From Leucoraja ocellata (taxonomy: Eukaryota), in contig JAWMAR010000071.1 of assembly GCA_036785375.1 (NCBI GenBank), positions 8,742,001 through 8,806,000 on the forward strand: a DNA stretch of 64,000 bases, read 5' to 3'. Below the pieces are notes generated by a model. It did not search any database. It had not been told where the DNA came from and saw only the letters and a program-made list of their open reading frames with translations. Position 1 is the first letter of the stretch. Each line of letters opens with the position of its first letter. Below, piece by piece: positions 12,735-25,427 of the stretch. Made by a program: the position numbers and the translations under genes.

Positions 12735-13175
12735 AAAGACTGGATAGACTCGGCTTGTACTCGCTAGAATTTAGAAGATTGAGGGGGGATCTTATAGAAA
12801 CTTACACATTTTTTAAGGGGTTGGACAGGCTGGATGTAGGAAGATTGTTCCCGATGTTGGGGAAGTCCAGGACAAGGGGTCACAGTTTAAGGATAAAGGG
12901 GAAATCATTTAGGACTGAGATGAGAAAAACATTTTTCACACAGAGAGTGGTGAATCTCTGGAACTCTCTGCCACAGAAGGTAGTTGAGGCCAGTTCATTG
13001 GCTATATTTAAGAGGGAGTTAGATGTGGCTCTTGTGGCTAAAGGGATCAGGGGGTATGGAGAGAAGGCAGGCACAGGATACTGAGTTGGATGATCAGCCA
13101 TGATCATATTGAATGGCGGTGCAAGCTCGAAGGGCCGAATGGCCTACTCCTGCACCTATTTTCTATGTTTCTATG
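12735..13175 (+). mobile_element. CR1 LINE 3' fragment
   Basis: LYSLEFRRLRGDLIETY...TRGHSL...FFTQRVVNLWNSLP; ttctatgt tail repeats. Confidence 0.9.
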
Positions 13176-13544
13176 TTAAATTCAACCATCTATATAACTA
13201 AAAGTCTCATCTTGACCACTTCCTGTCTGCGCTGTATATTGATTTTAGAAAAAACGCTACCATATAGCGCTATGATTTTTGGCCATCTTACTCAGTCCTC
13301 CTCCACTGAGGCAGCCCCGAGGATTTTTCCAATCGATGAAAAATAAAAAAGTTATGAGTGTTTAGGGGAGGGGGGCAGGACTATAAAACCCCGGATGCCT
13401 GGACGCGAGTCAGTCACTCCGGAAGATCGCGAGGAAGAGTCCACAACTGTGATTCTAAGCTGTGAATCAACTGAACTGCGAGTCTGCAATGTACTTGCAA
13501 TAAATGATTTGTTAGCCCTTAATGACAATGCAATGAGTTGTTTG

Positions 13545-13790
13545 GCAATTTGGTGGCCTGCACTCTGCTTGGAATGCTATGAAGCTGAATTTGGAGGCCT
13601 GCACTCTGCTTGAAATGCTATGAAGCTGAATTTGGAGGCATGCACTATGCTTGAAATGCTATGAAGCTGAATTTGGTGGCCTGCACGCTGCTTAAAATGC
13701 TATGAAACTGAATTTGGTGGCCTGCACTCTGCTTGAAATGCTATGAAATTGAATTTGGTGGCCTGCACTCTGCTTGAAATGGAATTTCAA
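13545..13790 (+). repeat. 41-bp tandem repeat (~6 copies) inside Helitron
   Basis: Unit ggcctgcactctgcttgaaatgctatgaagctgaatttgg(a/t). Confidence 0.9.
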
Positions 13791-13799
13791 GGAGTAGCC

Positions 13800-14030
13800 G
13801 TGAGTGAACTGCCAGCCCACGATTCCCGAGTGACTGATCTGCCAGCCCACCAGCCCTGAGTGACTAATCTGCCAGCCCACCAGCCCTGAGTGACTGATCT
13901 GCCACCCCACCAGCCCAGAGTGACTGAGCTGCCAGCCCACCAGGCCAGAGTGACTGAGCTGCCAGCCCACCAGGCCTGAGTGACTGAGCTGCCAGCTCAC
14001 CAGACCCGAGTGACTGAGTTGCCAGCCCAA
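13800..14030 (+). repeat. 30-bp tandem repeat (~8 copies) inside Helitron
   Basis: Unit gagtgactgagctgccagcccaccagccct. Confidence 0.9.
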
Positions 14031-15374
14031 GCCCTCTGGAAACCAGTCCCTTCGGCCCACAACACCCGTACTAGGGCTCCATAAAGCCCCCCATTGCGTA
14101 CCAATATTGGAATTGGTGGAGAGGTGGAATATTGCGTTGAGGACCAGCCCTCCCGTGTGAACATGGGACCCAACGGGTCCACTTAGTCCATTATAAATTA
14201 AAAATTCTGTATGTTGCAATTTCTGGCCTCATTTCTGTAATCAGAATTTTGCCATCCTTCCTTGCTTGTGGATCTTTCCAACTTTATATTGAAAATATCA
14301 AATTGATATTCTAAATTTCTTTAAACTATCAATGGAGCTAGTCATCTTTTTCATTTTACATTTAAATAAACAAAATTATCGCTCTTTAAGGAACTATTCA
14401 ACTCAATTAATTAATTTACCCACTCCGATTTTATGAACCAATTTTCAAGGGAAGGGCAGAAAAGGGACCTTATCTCATCGTACTATTGCTGGTGACAAAG
14501 TGAAAATCTTGATTACTGAAAAAATACAGAAGGAAAACAACTTGTAATAATTACTTCGATTAAGCCCCACAGACCAAAGTTACTTGGAGATATATTTTAA
14601 TTTGTCAAGTGTAATCAAGGGAAAAGTATTCAGGAATGATTGATTCTGAATCAGGAACTGCTTTAAGAAGCCACCTGTGGCAATTAAGACAGACGTAGAT
14701 ATGGTTGCAGGGTGGAACAGAATCTAGGGTAAGATACAATCCCCCTTTATAAAATTCAGTTTCACGAGCTTGCAGCAATAAATTTGGCACACAGAGAATT
14801 TGCAGTTGGTTATAATGAAATAAGAAACAATGGGTTGACTACAAGACTCAAACTGCCACAGTTTCAATGAAAGGCAGAGAAAATGTTTATTTCCATGGCA
14901 ATGGAAATAACAGGGGCCTACATTAAGACAGAAATAATTAAAACTCATGGTCAATACTCTACCACATATTGGCATCTAAACTGGCTCGCCCTTTTCGATC
15001 AGACCACCCCTCAATTCTTCCAAAATCCAAAGAATACAGAGCCAATTTATTTTAGCCATTTGTTATAGGACATCTCTTTCATCGCAATAGATTATCAAAA
15101 ACCTTTTGAACTACTTGCAATGCCAGATAAAGGAACCAAAACTATAGGCAATTTTCCAACTGTGTTCTCACCAACAGTATGTATAATTGTAACAATATTT
15201 CTGCTTTTAAACTCCAAATCCCCTCATAACAAGGGTCAATATGCCATTTGCCCTCATAATTAATTCTGTATGTATATGCTAAGGTTTATCTTATACAAAA
15301 TAATAACTGATTCCCTCCAAATAATTCTATTTTTCTATTCTTCCTTCAGAACCTCGCACCTTCCTACATTAAAT

Positions 15375-17130
15375 TAAATTTGTCAAGTTTTCATCCTCCT
15401 ACTCAGCTTATCTTGTCAGAGTCCAAATGTTCTCATCACTGCATGCCTTCCCACCTATTATTGCATCATCAACTAACTTTGGATATCATGCACTCAATTT
15501 ATCGTTTAGCCACTTACCAAGGATATTTTTTGGTACAATTGGATCTGCTCTTTTAGATAGCAGGGAATTGGTCAATGGTATTTTCATCAATCAAAAGCAT
15601 CCATTTATTGTTTTTTTGGAACTGGGAAAATCAATTTGCAAATAAATACAATAGCAAAATGTTCCATTCTTAAACCCAACTCATTTAACTTGTTGAAAAT
15701 CTAGTGACTTCTTAAATTGGTTCACAACAGACAACACAGCATCATAAAAGAGCCTTTCAAATGTAGAACCATAAATCAGCTCAACAGTGCTGATTCTAAC
15801 TTTTGCAGATGAAATATTAAAACAACTGCAATAATTTCCTGCACATGTTCTCTGCATTTGATTTTTCCAGAATTATAAGTATATTTTCTAATCCTGTAGA
15901 TTGAAATAAAAACGAATTTGATTGAATATTTGATACATCTTCACAAAGGCCTCATGGTGACAGCTTTTTGTCGGCTTTTCACCTCTGTCCACCAATCAGC
16001 CCTTCCAACCGTATTCACTTGTCACTTATCTGACTTTGTCCCACCCCCACCTCTTCCAGCTTTTTCCCCCAAACCACAATCATTCTTAAGAAGGATCATG
16101 ACCCAAAATGTAATCTGTCCATATCCTCCAGATATGGACAGATGACATGTTGAAAATTTTGCGGCAGTCGCCCAAAACAATTGCCTAAGTGGGACAGGCC
16201 CATTAGCCTCTAATACACAAGGAGTTGAGTACAAGAGCAAAGATCTCTTACTGGCATTATACAGGGCCCAGTTAAATAATGTTATGTTCGGTCTGGTAGG
16301 TTCTAGTTAGCTCTTACCAGCATCTCTGGAGGATATGAACAGATGACATTTTGGGCACCTTCTTCAGAATGATTGTAGTTTGGGGGGAAAAACTGGAAGA
16401 GGTGGGGGTGGGACAAAGCCAGATAAGTGACGTGAATACAGTTGGGGGGAGGGCTGATTGGTAGATTGGTGGACAAAGTCCAGAGGTGAACAGCCAACAA
16501 AAAGTTGTGAATGCCCCATGAGCCCTTTGTGAAGATGTATCAAATATTTAATCAAATTGTTTTTATTTCAATCTATAGGGTTATAGAATATATTTACAAT
16601 TCTGTGAAAATCAAGTGCAGAGATCATGTGCAAGAAAATACTTTAGATGTTTTAATATTTCATCTACAAAAGTTAGAATCAGCACTGTTGAGTTGATTTA
16701 TGGTTCTACATTTGAAAGGCTCTTTTATGATGCTGTGTTGTCTGTTGTGAACCCAATTTAAGAAGTCACTAGATTTTCAACTGTTTAAATTAGTTGGGTT
16801 TAAGAATGGAACATTTTGCTATTGTATTTATTTGCAAATTGATATCCCCAGTTCCAAAAAAACAATAATTGCATGCATTTGATTGATAAAAATACCATTG
16901 ACCAATTCCTTGCTATCTAAAAGAGCAGATCCAATTGTACCAAAAAATATCCTTCGCTAAACGATAAATTGAGTAAATGATATCCAATCATTTGAGTATT
17001 GAGTAAATTAAGTAAATGATATCCAAAGTTAGTTGATACAAAAATAGGTGGGAAGGCATGCAGTGATGAGAACATTTGGTCTCTGTGACAAGATAAGCTG
17101 AGTAAGAGGATGAAAACGTGGCAAATGGAA
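15375..17130. repeat. Large inverted duplication (arms ~15375-16135 and ~16320-17130)
   Basis: Arms are diverged reverse complements, e.g. actcagcttatcttgtca / tgacaagataagctgagt and cacaacagacaacacagcatcataaaagagcc / ggctcttttatgatgctgtgttgtctgttgtg. Confidence 0.9.
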
Positions 17131-17139
17131 TTGCCAAAC

Positions 17140-17375
17140 CCCCTCCGCCCACACACACACACCCACCCCCCCATACACCCCCCCGCCCCCACATCCCTCC
17201 CCCTTGCCCCTACAACCCCCCGCCATCCACACACCCCTCCACCCACCCCCCCCCCAACACCACCCCCTCCCCCCAAGCGCCACAACGCTCGCTGTTTCTT
17301 CTCCCCCCCCCCCACACACCACACCACACACCCCCTCCCCCCCCCACACCCCTCGCCCACACCACCCTCTCACAT
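17140..17375. repeat. C/A-rich low-complexity tract
   Basis: Runs of C interspersed with ACAC. Confidence 0.8.
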
Positions 17376-17502
17376 CCTCTCTTATTGTTTTAGAATTATT
17401 TCTCTTTAATGACAATTCATGATAAATAGGTAATTATCAATATCAGGAGTAGTGTAATTTAAATATCAAGTGTACCCAAGAAAATAATGACAAGTCACTC
17501 AC

Positions 17503-17584
17503 AATTGTTGGTGTCCAGAGCACCTTCCAGCTGCATGTACAATTCTGTTTTTTGTGCCAATACTCCCAGATTTACCACTTTGGA
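17503..17584 (-). CDS. WDR36: WDR36 exon (SKVVNLGVLAQKTELYMQLEGALDTNN)
   Basis: 82 nt, CAG/GTGAG, frame-compatible with neighbours. Confidence 0.9.
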
Positions 17585-18125
17585 CTGAAAATAATACCAA
17601 AATATTTTTGAGAATTAAAAATAGATCCCAGCACACTTATCAAATTCAAATGTACAAATTATCCTGAGTGTTGACGAAACAGAATGCATCTGTGTGAAAC
17701 CTATCTCAGTGGCCAAGAGCTGAATCCATACAGAGAATTTTATAATCTAGGTGATATTAATTCTTAATAACCCTCCATATTGCTTCTGATATATTTAATG
17801 TCTGTATTATTGTCAACGGTACAGATTACATTTTTACTGTAACTTTCAAACATATAAATCTAATTCTCCATTTACAGTGGAAGAAAGATGATTCTAATTA
17901 TGACAAAACAGCTTTTAATTTTGATACTAAGATTTTAAGTACTGCTGGAGAATGTCATCACTTTCACAGCAGTAACATCTCCAAAGCAGGAAAATTAAAG
18001 TGATGAAAAAAAATACGACCAACAAAGTATTTAAAAGCCCTACACACAGAGGCCTTTGATCAGACCCAAGTAATGTCAATACCACCATAAGTGTATAAAA
18101 TATGATTGTTTTTTTCTCCTCATAC

Positions 18126-18245
18126 CTGACCCTCAGCACCTTGTTGTTCTGCAGCGGCAAAGTGAGGCACAAGGCCAGAAATCGTTGGAATGAAGAAAGG
18201 AACAGATTTGGGCACTTTAGGTGGTTCCTTGGGTTTGTTCCTTTT
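18126..18245 (-). CDS. WDR36: WDR36 exon (KRNKPKEPPKVPKSVPFFIPT...)
   Basis: 120 nt, CAG/GTATG, conserved NKPKEPPK.P..PFF motif of Utp21. Confidence 0.95.
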
Positions 18246-18629
18246 CTGTAGATCATCCAAACAAAATCAGATAAGCAATAAGAACACAACAGATGCACAT
18301 ACCTGTAGTATGATTTAAAATTTGTTAAATGTTTTAATAAATATATCAAACTAAAACTGTTATATATCATTCTACCTAATTAAAAGATCCTCAGTTTTCA
18401 ATTAAACTGAAGGTAATGAAATTAGGGCTTAAGACTTATTATTTGACAAAAATTCAAAGATAGCATTCATCTAAAATTTGTGGTAAAATTCAGGTACAAA
18501 TTATAACCAAATTTGAACAAATTCACTCAGATATTGTAAATCATCAAATAAAATGTCTACAAGCAACCTGTGCGCACAAAATTGATAACACGATTGTCTA
18601 AATAATTTTTAAGTAACACCACTGTAACA

Positions 18630-19575
18630 CACAAAGTGCTACAGGAACTCAGCGAGTCTGGCAGTATCCATGGAAGGTATGGACAGACGCAAAGGGTTGG
18701 GACCTGTCTTCAGACTGATTGAAGGGGGGGAGAAAGCTGGAAAGCCTGGAAAATGATAGGTAGATACTGGTGGTGGGGGTGATGTTGATTGGAAGATGCT
18801 TGGTCTCACCAATTTAAAGGAGGCCACATTGGAATCCCTGGATGGAAGTAAGAGAGGAAGTGTAGGGACTGGTGTGACATCTCTTGCAGTTGCAGGCAAA
18901 GCACCTGAGGAGAGGGCGGGAGGGATGATCGAATCAAGGAATTCATCCAGCTGTCCTTGCAGGTGAGACAGCGGTTTCAAGTGCACGTTCTCAGACCTCA
19001 TCTACTGCATTTGGTGCAACTAATGTGGCCTTTTACATTGGCAAAAACAAGCATGAACTAAGCTACCATTTCACTGGACACTTGCGTTCTATATGTCATG
19101 TCCTGGTGGATATTGTGGTTTCTAATTATTGTAACTCCCCTTCCCATTCCCAGTGCTCATGCATTTCACCCACCATCTATCAACTTCCAGCCACTCATAT
19201 CTCATCCTCAGGTCGCCTTTTTCCTTTTTAGTTCCCCTCTTTTCATCCCTTTCATTCATATCCCTCCCTCCAGCTTAACATTTCATTCCTCCACTTTCCT
19301 CCTTATCTGACACCCTTCTGTATCCTTTTCACCTATCGCCTCCTTACCCCACTCATCTGCCAGTCAACCTGCTCTCAAATCCAAATATGCTTGCCAGCCT
19401 TGTAACTCAATTACCCCTCTTTTTCAACTTTCTTCCTTCCACCCCAATAGTCTGAAGAAGTGTCCTAACCCGAAACGGTGTCAGTCCATTCCCTCCACAG
19501 ATGCTGCCTGACCCACTGAGTTCCTCCAGCACTTTGTTTTACTCAAGATTCCAGCATCTGCAGTTCCCAGTGTCA
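18630..19575 (+). mobile_element. Degenerate Penelope-like element with inverted terminal segment
   Basis: GIY-YIG remnant (LIYCIWC...YIG). Plus-strand pseudo-LTR end at 19450-19570 and its reverse complement at 18630-18720. Confidence 0.7.
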
Positions 19576-19643
19576 CCACTATAAATATATTTTAAAATAT
19601 GAATTCAAAAATGTTTTGATTACTAAAGCAAATTATTTGCTAC

Positions 19644-19789
19644 CTTAATAACATCAAGATTGAGAAGATTTTTCCAACGTGATTCTGGAAGCAAGGAGAG
19701 TGTCACCAACTGCTCTCCGAGCTGTTCAGATGATTCATATTCTATCATCTGATCTTGCACTTCTGTTTCAATGTCAGACGTCTTCAAAT
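19644..19789 (-). CDS. WDR36: WDR36 exon (...EQLVTLSLLPESRWKNLLNLDVIK)
   Basis: 146 nt, TAG/GTAGC, conserved LVTLSLLPESRW motif. Confidence 0.95.
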
Positions 19790-20085
19790 CTAAACCAAAA
19801 GTGTTTATTATGTTATTGATAAAATGTTAAATGCCAATAACTTGTTATAAACTTAACAGGAAGTATTTAGGCCATGAAGAAAAGTGATGCACATCCGTTA
19901 CATGTTCCCCTTAAATAGAATCTAAAAAAGCAAAATAATTAACATTAGAAATTCTTGAAAATGTGGTTTTAGTCATTTGAAATACAGGTGCACAACCTTT
20001 TATCCGAAAGCCTTGGGACCAGACACTTTTCGTAATTCAGAATTTTTCGGCTTTCGGAATGGAAGATTTTTAGCGTAGATTTTAA

Positions 20086-20154
20086 CGGCTGGCTCAGTGG
20101 TAGAGTGCTCGGCTCGTATCCGCAAGGTCGCGAGTTTGCGCCTCGATCCCGGCA
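20086..20154 (+). pseudogene. tRNA-derived sequence (Met/Thr-like pseudo-tRNA) inside the transposon
   Basis: A-box tggctcagtggtagag, anticodon-loop-like ctcgtat, aaggtcgcgagtttgcgcctc with degenerate B-box. Confidence 0.55.
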
Positions 20155-21296
20155 GTTACTCGATCGCGAGTTTGAGTCTTCAATGTAGTTTTTTCTTGCA
20201 GAATAGGAGAGAATAGGGAGGGTTAGGCTGGGATCATTCTCTGCGAGAGGATCTTAGTGCGGGAGACAAGTGTAGGAGAGGTGTACTGACTGTGTGGGCA
20301 GAACTTTGGAAGTGATTGCCCACCATTCTCAAAAGCCGCTGTGTCTCCCTGTCCCTCCAACTCCAGAGGAATCCGCTCCCCGATGGGCCGCTACGGCGAC
20401 AAGTGGCAGTTCGCCCACAGCCCGAGCTGCGCCCCCTCATCCGCAACCCGGGTTCCTCTGGAGTTGGAGCGGGGCTGGCCTAGAGTTGTTGCTGGCTGAG
20501 AGTCTCTGGGATCTCCGTGCTTGCAGTGGGCCTGGGGGTCGGTGTCCCGATGAGGGGACGCAGCTCGGGCTGTGGGCGAACTGCCACTTGTCGCCGTAGC
20601 GGCGCATCGGGGAGCGGCTTCTGGTGGTCCTGACGTCTCCCAGCTCCTGTCCAAGGGGGTGGCCGGAGACGTCAGGACCAACAGGAACCCGCTCCCCGAT
20701 GCGCCGCTACAGCGACAAGTGGCAGTTCGCCCACAGCCCGAGCTGCGCCCCCTCATCCGCAACCCGGGTTCCTGTGGAGTTGGAGCGGGGCTGGGCTAGA
20801 GTTGCTGCTGGCTGTGAGTCTATGAGATCTCCGTGCTTGCAGTCGGTGTCCCGTTGGTCCTGACGTCTCCGGTCACCCCCCTGGAATGGAGCTGAGACTG
20901 GGAACTATACCGCCCTTGCCCCCTCCCTCTGCAACTGCAAACAACCCCACAGTTCCCAGTCTCAGCTCCTGTACAGGGGGGTGTCCGGAGTCGTCACAGC
21001 CCGAGCCATCAGCTTCTGTCCCTACGGGGACAGCGGAGAGCGTGTTCCTCTGGAATTGGAACGGGGCTGGGCTGCTGCTGGCTGTGGGTCTCTGGGTTCT
21101 CCTTGCTTGCAGTGGGCCTGGGGGTCGGTGTCCCGTTGGTCCTGACGTCTCCGGTGACTGGAACTGGCTCCAACGTGAAGACAGTGCAAATCCCCCGCGC
21201 CGGTGCAATGCGCGGGGAGCTGGAGAGGGGAGGGAAGGGGGTCACACAAATGGCCGGGAAGCAGAGGGGTGTAGGTGGGGTGAAACTGAAGGGAGC

Positions 21297-21419
21297 GACA
21301 ATTTGCTGCTGCCTGCCCGCTGAGTTAAAAAGTTCCCACGCAAGACTCACGATACACTGTGTATCGTGAGTCTACCGTGGGAACTTTTTAACTCAGCGGG
21401 CAGGCAGCAGCAGATTGTC
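21297..21419. repeat. Near-perfect palindrome, 61-bp arms
   Basis: Centred on T21358 (gatacac-t-gtgtatc), about 3 mismatched positions. Confidence 0.92.
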
Positions 21420-21700
21420 AATTATTAACCCTCCCGCGCAATATACCCTCACCTTCTCTTTTATGAATGGGGATTTAGTTCCCCTTTCTTCGAGGACCGA
21501 CCGGAGATTCCGCTGTCACCTCTGCGGGCCACCCTCGGTGAACGTTTTCAAGGACCTTTCTTCAAGGACTGAAAAAATGTCCGCTATTCGGAGGTTTTCG
21601 TTATTTGGATCTTCGGATAAAAGGTTGTGCACCTGTAGCACATATTAAGCAAAACTAGAATTTAAATGCAATTTTTAGAAAAAAGGGTTTTAATAAAAAC

Positions 21701-21795
21701 CTTGTTGACACGCTCCAGGAAGCACTGTAACAGCAGGTTGATAATCAGCAGGAAGTGGACGAAGGGCAATAATATTATATAACGTTTTGTTAGAC
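21701..21795 (-). CDS. WDR36: WDR36 exon (SNKTLYNIIALRPLPADYQPAVTVLPGACQQ)
   Basis: 95 nt, TAG acceptor, weak donor GTTTTT, frame-compatible. Confidence 0.88.
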
Positions 21796-22394
21796 CTAAG
21801 CAAAAGAAGGAGAAACAAACATTCAGATTCACTGTATATCACAATCATCAGAGCTGCATTTCATAGTCAACTCCCCTTAACATGTGTATTTATCTTTTGA
21901 AAGGGCATTAACAGCCCATTGAGGATTATTAGAATATCTTTCCACGTGTGAAAAACAGTGCTTTAGAGATTCCCAAAAATGTACAGAAAATGTAATTGTT
22001 TTTGGAATGTAGTAGACACTTGTGCTTAAAAATAGCAACTGATGTTCATGCTTGTCAACAAACCTTTTATCAACATCAAAAGACTACCAATCATTTTAGA
22101 AATCTATGGAGGCGTTGACTGAGGTATAAACACTGGCCAAGACTTTGACGAAATGTCCTTGCTCGTTTAAGTACTGCAGTGGAAACATTTACATCCATCT
22201 ATACACACCAATATGTTTATATTATATTTAGGTATAACATAACCTCACCGAAAAAGGTATATAAATATCTTAAGGTAGAATATGAGAAATAATTACTTTT
22301 CCTTGTCACTTTAATCAAGAATCTTTTTCAATCTCAACCAATTTCAGTCTCAGTTGAATGAGAAAAGAAAAACATTTGAGCAACAATCTCGAGT

Positions 22395-24465
22395 CATAGA
22401 GTGATACAGTGTGGAAACGCGCCCCTCGGCCCAACTTGCCCACACCGGCCAACAATGTCCTAGCTACTTGCCTGCGCTTGGTCCATATCCCTCCAAACCT
22501 GTCCTATCCATGTACCTGTCTAACTGTTTCTCAAACGATGGGATAGTCCCAGCCTCAACTACCTCTTCTGGCAGCTTGTTCCATACACCCACCACCCTTT
22601 GAGTGAAAAAGTTACCCCTCTGATTCCTATTAAATCTTTTCCCCTGGTCCTCAATTCCTCTACTCAGGGTAAGAGATTCTGTGCATCTACCCGATCTATT
22701 CCTCTCATGATTTTGTACACCTCAATAAGATCACCCCGCATCCTCCTGTGCTCCATGAGGTTGAGTAGACCCAGCCTACTCAACCTCTCACCCTCTAGTC
22801 CTGGCAACATCGATGTAAATCTTTTCTGAACCCTTTCAAGCTTGACAATATCTTTCCTATAACATGATGCCCAGAACTGAACGCAATACACTAAATGCAG
22901 TCTCACCAACGTCTTATACAACTGCACATGACCTCCCAACTTCTATACTCAGTACTCTGACTGATGAAGGCCAAAGTGCCAAAAGCCTTTTTGACCACCT
23001 TATCTACCTGCGACTCAACCTTCAAGGAACCATGCCACCTGTACTCCTAGATTCCTCTGCTCTACACTACCCAGACGCCTACCATTTACTGTGTAGGTCC
23101 TGCCCTTGTTCGACATCCCAAAACGCAACACCTCACACTTCTCTGTATTAAATTCCATCAACCATTCCTCCGCCCACTTGACCAATTGATCCAGATCCTG
23201 CACCAATCTTTCACAAACATCTTCACTATATGCTCACTTTTGTATCATCAGTAAAATTGCTAATCTTGCCGTTCATGTTCTCATCCAAATCATTTATGTA
23301 GATGACAATCAGTAACAGGCCCAGCACCGAACCCCAAGGCACACCACTAGTCACAGGCCTCCAGTCTGAGAAGCAACCTTCCACCATTATCCTCTACTTC
23401 CTTCCGTGGAGCCAATTTGCTATCCATTCAGCTATCTCTCTGTGGATCCCATGTGATCTAGCCTTCCAGAGCAGCCTACCATGCGGAACCTTGTTGAATG
23501 CCTTACTAAAATCCATGTACCCATGTCCACAGTGCCCTCATCGACCTTTTTAGCTACCTCCTCAAAAAAAAATCAGATTGCGAGACAACCTCCCATGTAC
23601 AAAACCATGCTGACAGCCCCTAATCAGTCCGTACCCATTCAAATGCCTGTATAACCTATCCCTCTGAATGCTCTCAAATAAATTTCCAACTCCAGATGTT
23701 AAACTCACCGGCCTATAGTTCCCAGCATTTTCCCTGCAGCCCTTCTTGAGAAGAAGCACAACATTTGTCACCCTCCAGTCTTCCAGCACCTCTCTTTTAT
23801 TTAAGGACGACTCGTAAATTTCATCCAGAGCTCCCGCAATTTCCTCTCTAGTTTCCCGGATATATCTGATCAAGCCCTGGAGATTTGTCTACCTTCGTAC
23901 ACGACCTTACCTTCTGTACTTCTTCAACAGTAACACTGACTGCTCTCAAGACACTTCCATTGACTGCCCCGAGTTCCTCTGTCCTACTGTCTTCCACCTT
24001 GGTAAATACATAGGAGAAATACTCATTGAGGACGTTGACCATCTCCTGTGGCTCCACACAGAGGTGACCGCTTTAATTCCTGAGGTCCCACTCTCTCCCT
24101 ATGTACCCTTTTCCCCCTTATGTATTTATAAAAGCTATTGGGATTGCCCTTAATGCTACGTGCCAGCATTATCTCCTGGCCAATTTGTGCCCTTCTGATC
24201 TCCTTTTTCGGTTTACTCCTTAGCTGCTGAAACTCCTCCAGGGATGCACTTGATCCCAGCTGCCTATATCTGTCCCACGCAGCCTTCTAGTTTTTGGCCA
24301 ATGCCTCAATTTCCCTCGTCAGCCAAGTTTCCTTACGTTTGCCCTTCACTCTAACGGGGACGTACGTATCCTGAGCTTACATAAGCACACTTTTAAAAAC
24401 AGCCCACTTGGCCGATGTTCCTTTCCCCTCAAATAGCCTGCACCAGTCAACTTGAGCGAGACTCT
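22395..24465 (-). mobile_element. CR1 LINE ORF2 fragment
   Basis: GNYRPVSLTS, QHGF, KCEVL, LYKTLVRLHL.YCVQFW, RGDLIEVYK motifs, with stops and frameshifts. Confidence 0.9.
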
Positions 24466-25427
24466 GATTTGCTTCGTTGCTTTCCAACAATTGGTATTGG
24501 TTTACTATTGTCACATGTTTGTGACAATTGACGAGAAGTGCCAAAAAATATTGTTTTTGTTGTAGTTTAGACCAGAACAGCTATAGATGAATGCCACCTT
24601 GAAAATCTTTTGTCAATCAATCAGTGAAAACCACTCATAAAAGGAATTTTAAACAAAATATTTATCTTTCTGGTCTATGATCTAGGTCAGAGAAGTGAAG
24701 CGACTAAAAACAGGTTAGGAGTCCACTTCCTTCAGCCATCAAATAAATACCAATTATTTTATATTGTTATTAAGACACATGGCACCTTTGTGTTGAATAA
24801 CTTGACCTCTGGGCCAGAAAGAGGTTTTCCCCAAAAATAAAGCACATAAAGACACCAACATTTGGTCATACAGGAGACATGTTATGCCTGGGACAGCATC
24901 CAAAGAAACCATCAAGTGTTTGGAATTCATAGCAGGTCTGGAGTATCTGTGATTAAACGGAGTTCATGTTTCAGGTTAATGACCCATCAACTTTGCACCA
25001 TACAAGAGAGTTGTTCTTTTAAAGTAACCCTGCAGAGTGAGACAGGATATGTCTGTTCCTGAGTCTAGACACACAAAAAAGGTTTGCACTGAGATAACTG
25101 ATAAAACAAAATCAAAAATTTCCACCACCTCCAACAAGATCCCACCACTAACCACAATTTCCCACATCCGCTCCTTTGCGCCTTCCTCAGAGACCGTTCC
25201 CTCCGCAACTCCCTGGTTAATTCATCCCTTCCCACCGAAACCACCCCCTCCCCAGGTACTTTCCCCTGCAACCGCAGTAGATGCAACACCTGTCGCTATA
25301 CCTCCTCTCTCGACCCTGTCCAGGGACCGACAGTCCTTTCCGCTTAGGCAGAGGTTCTCTTGCACCTCCTCCAACCTCATCTACTGTATATGTTGTTCAA
25401 TATGTGGACTCTTATACATCGGCAAGA

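Larger units (their letters stand above)
13189..14191 (+). mobile_element. Non-autonomous Helitron with internal minisatellites
   Basis: A|TCTATATAACTAAAAG 5' end. 3' hairpin gggacccaacgggtccc followed by acttagt and a degenerate CTAG. Homologous to 43495-44145. Confidence 0.75.
19985..21635. mobile_element. Non-autonomous Tc1/mariner-superfamily element with GC-rich cargo
   Basis: Perfect 24-bp TIRs CAGGTGCACAACCTTTTATCCGAA, TA on both flanks, no transposase ORF. Confidence 0.9.

Noticed and set aside
13692-14219. 175-aa ORF with GWQLSHSGLV repeats; 30- and 41-bp arrays resembling CRISPR
   Set aside because: Head-to-tail minisatellite with no unique spacers, inside a Helitron in a vertebrate intron; the ORF is a by-product of a 30-bp unit
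16917-17422. Gly-rich and Pro/His-rich ORFs
   Set aside because: Low-complexity C/A tract; may also include sequencing noise
20086-20154. Functional tRNA gene
   Set aside because: B-box/T-loop degenerate (GTTTGCG) and acceptor stem not formed
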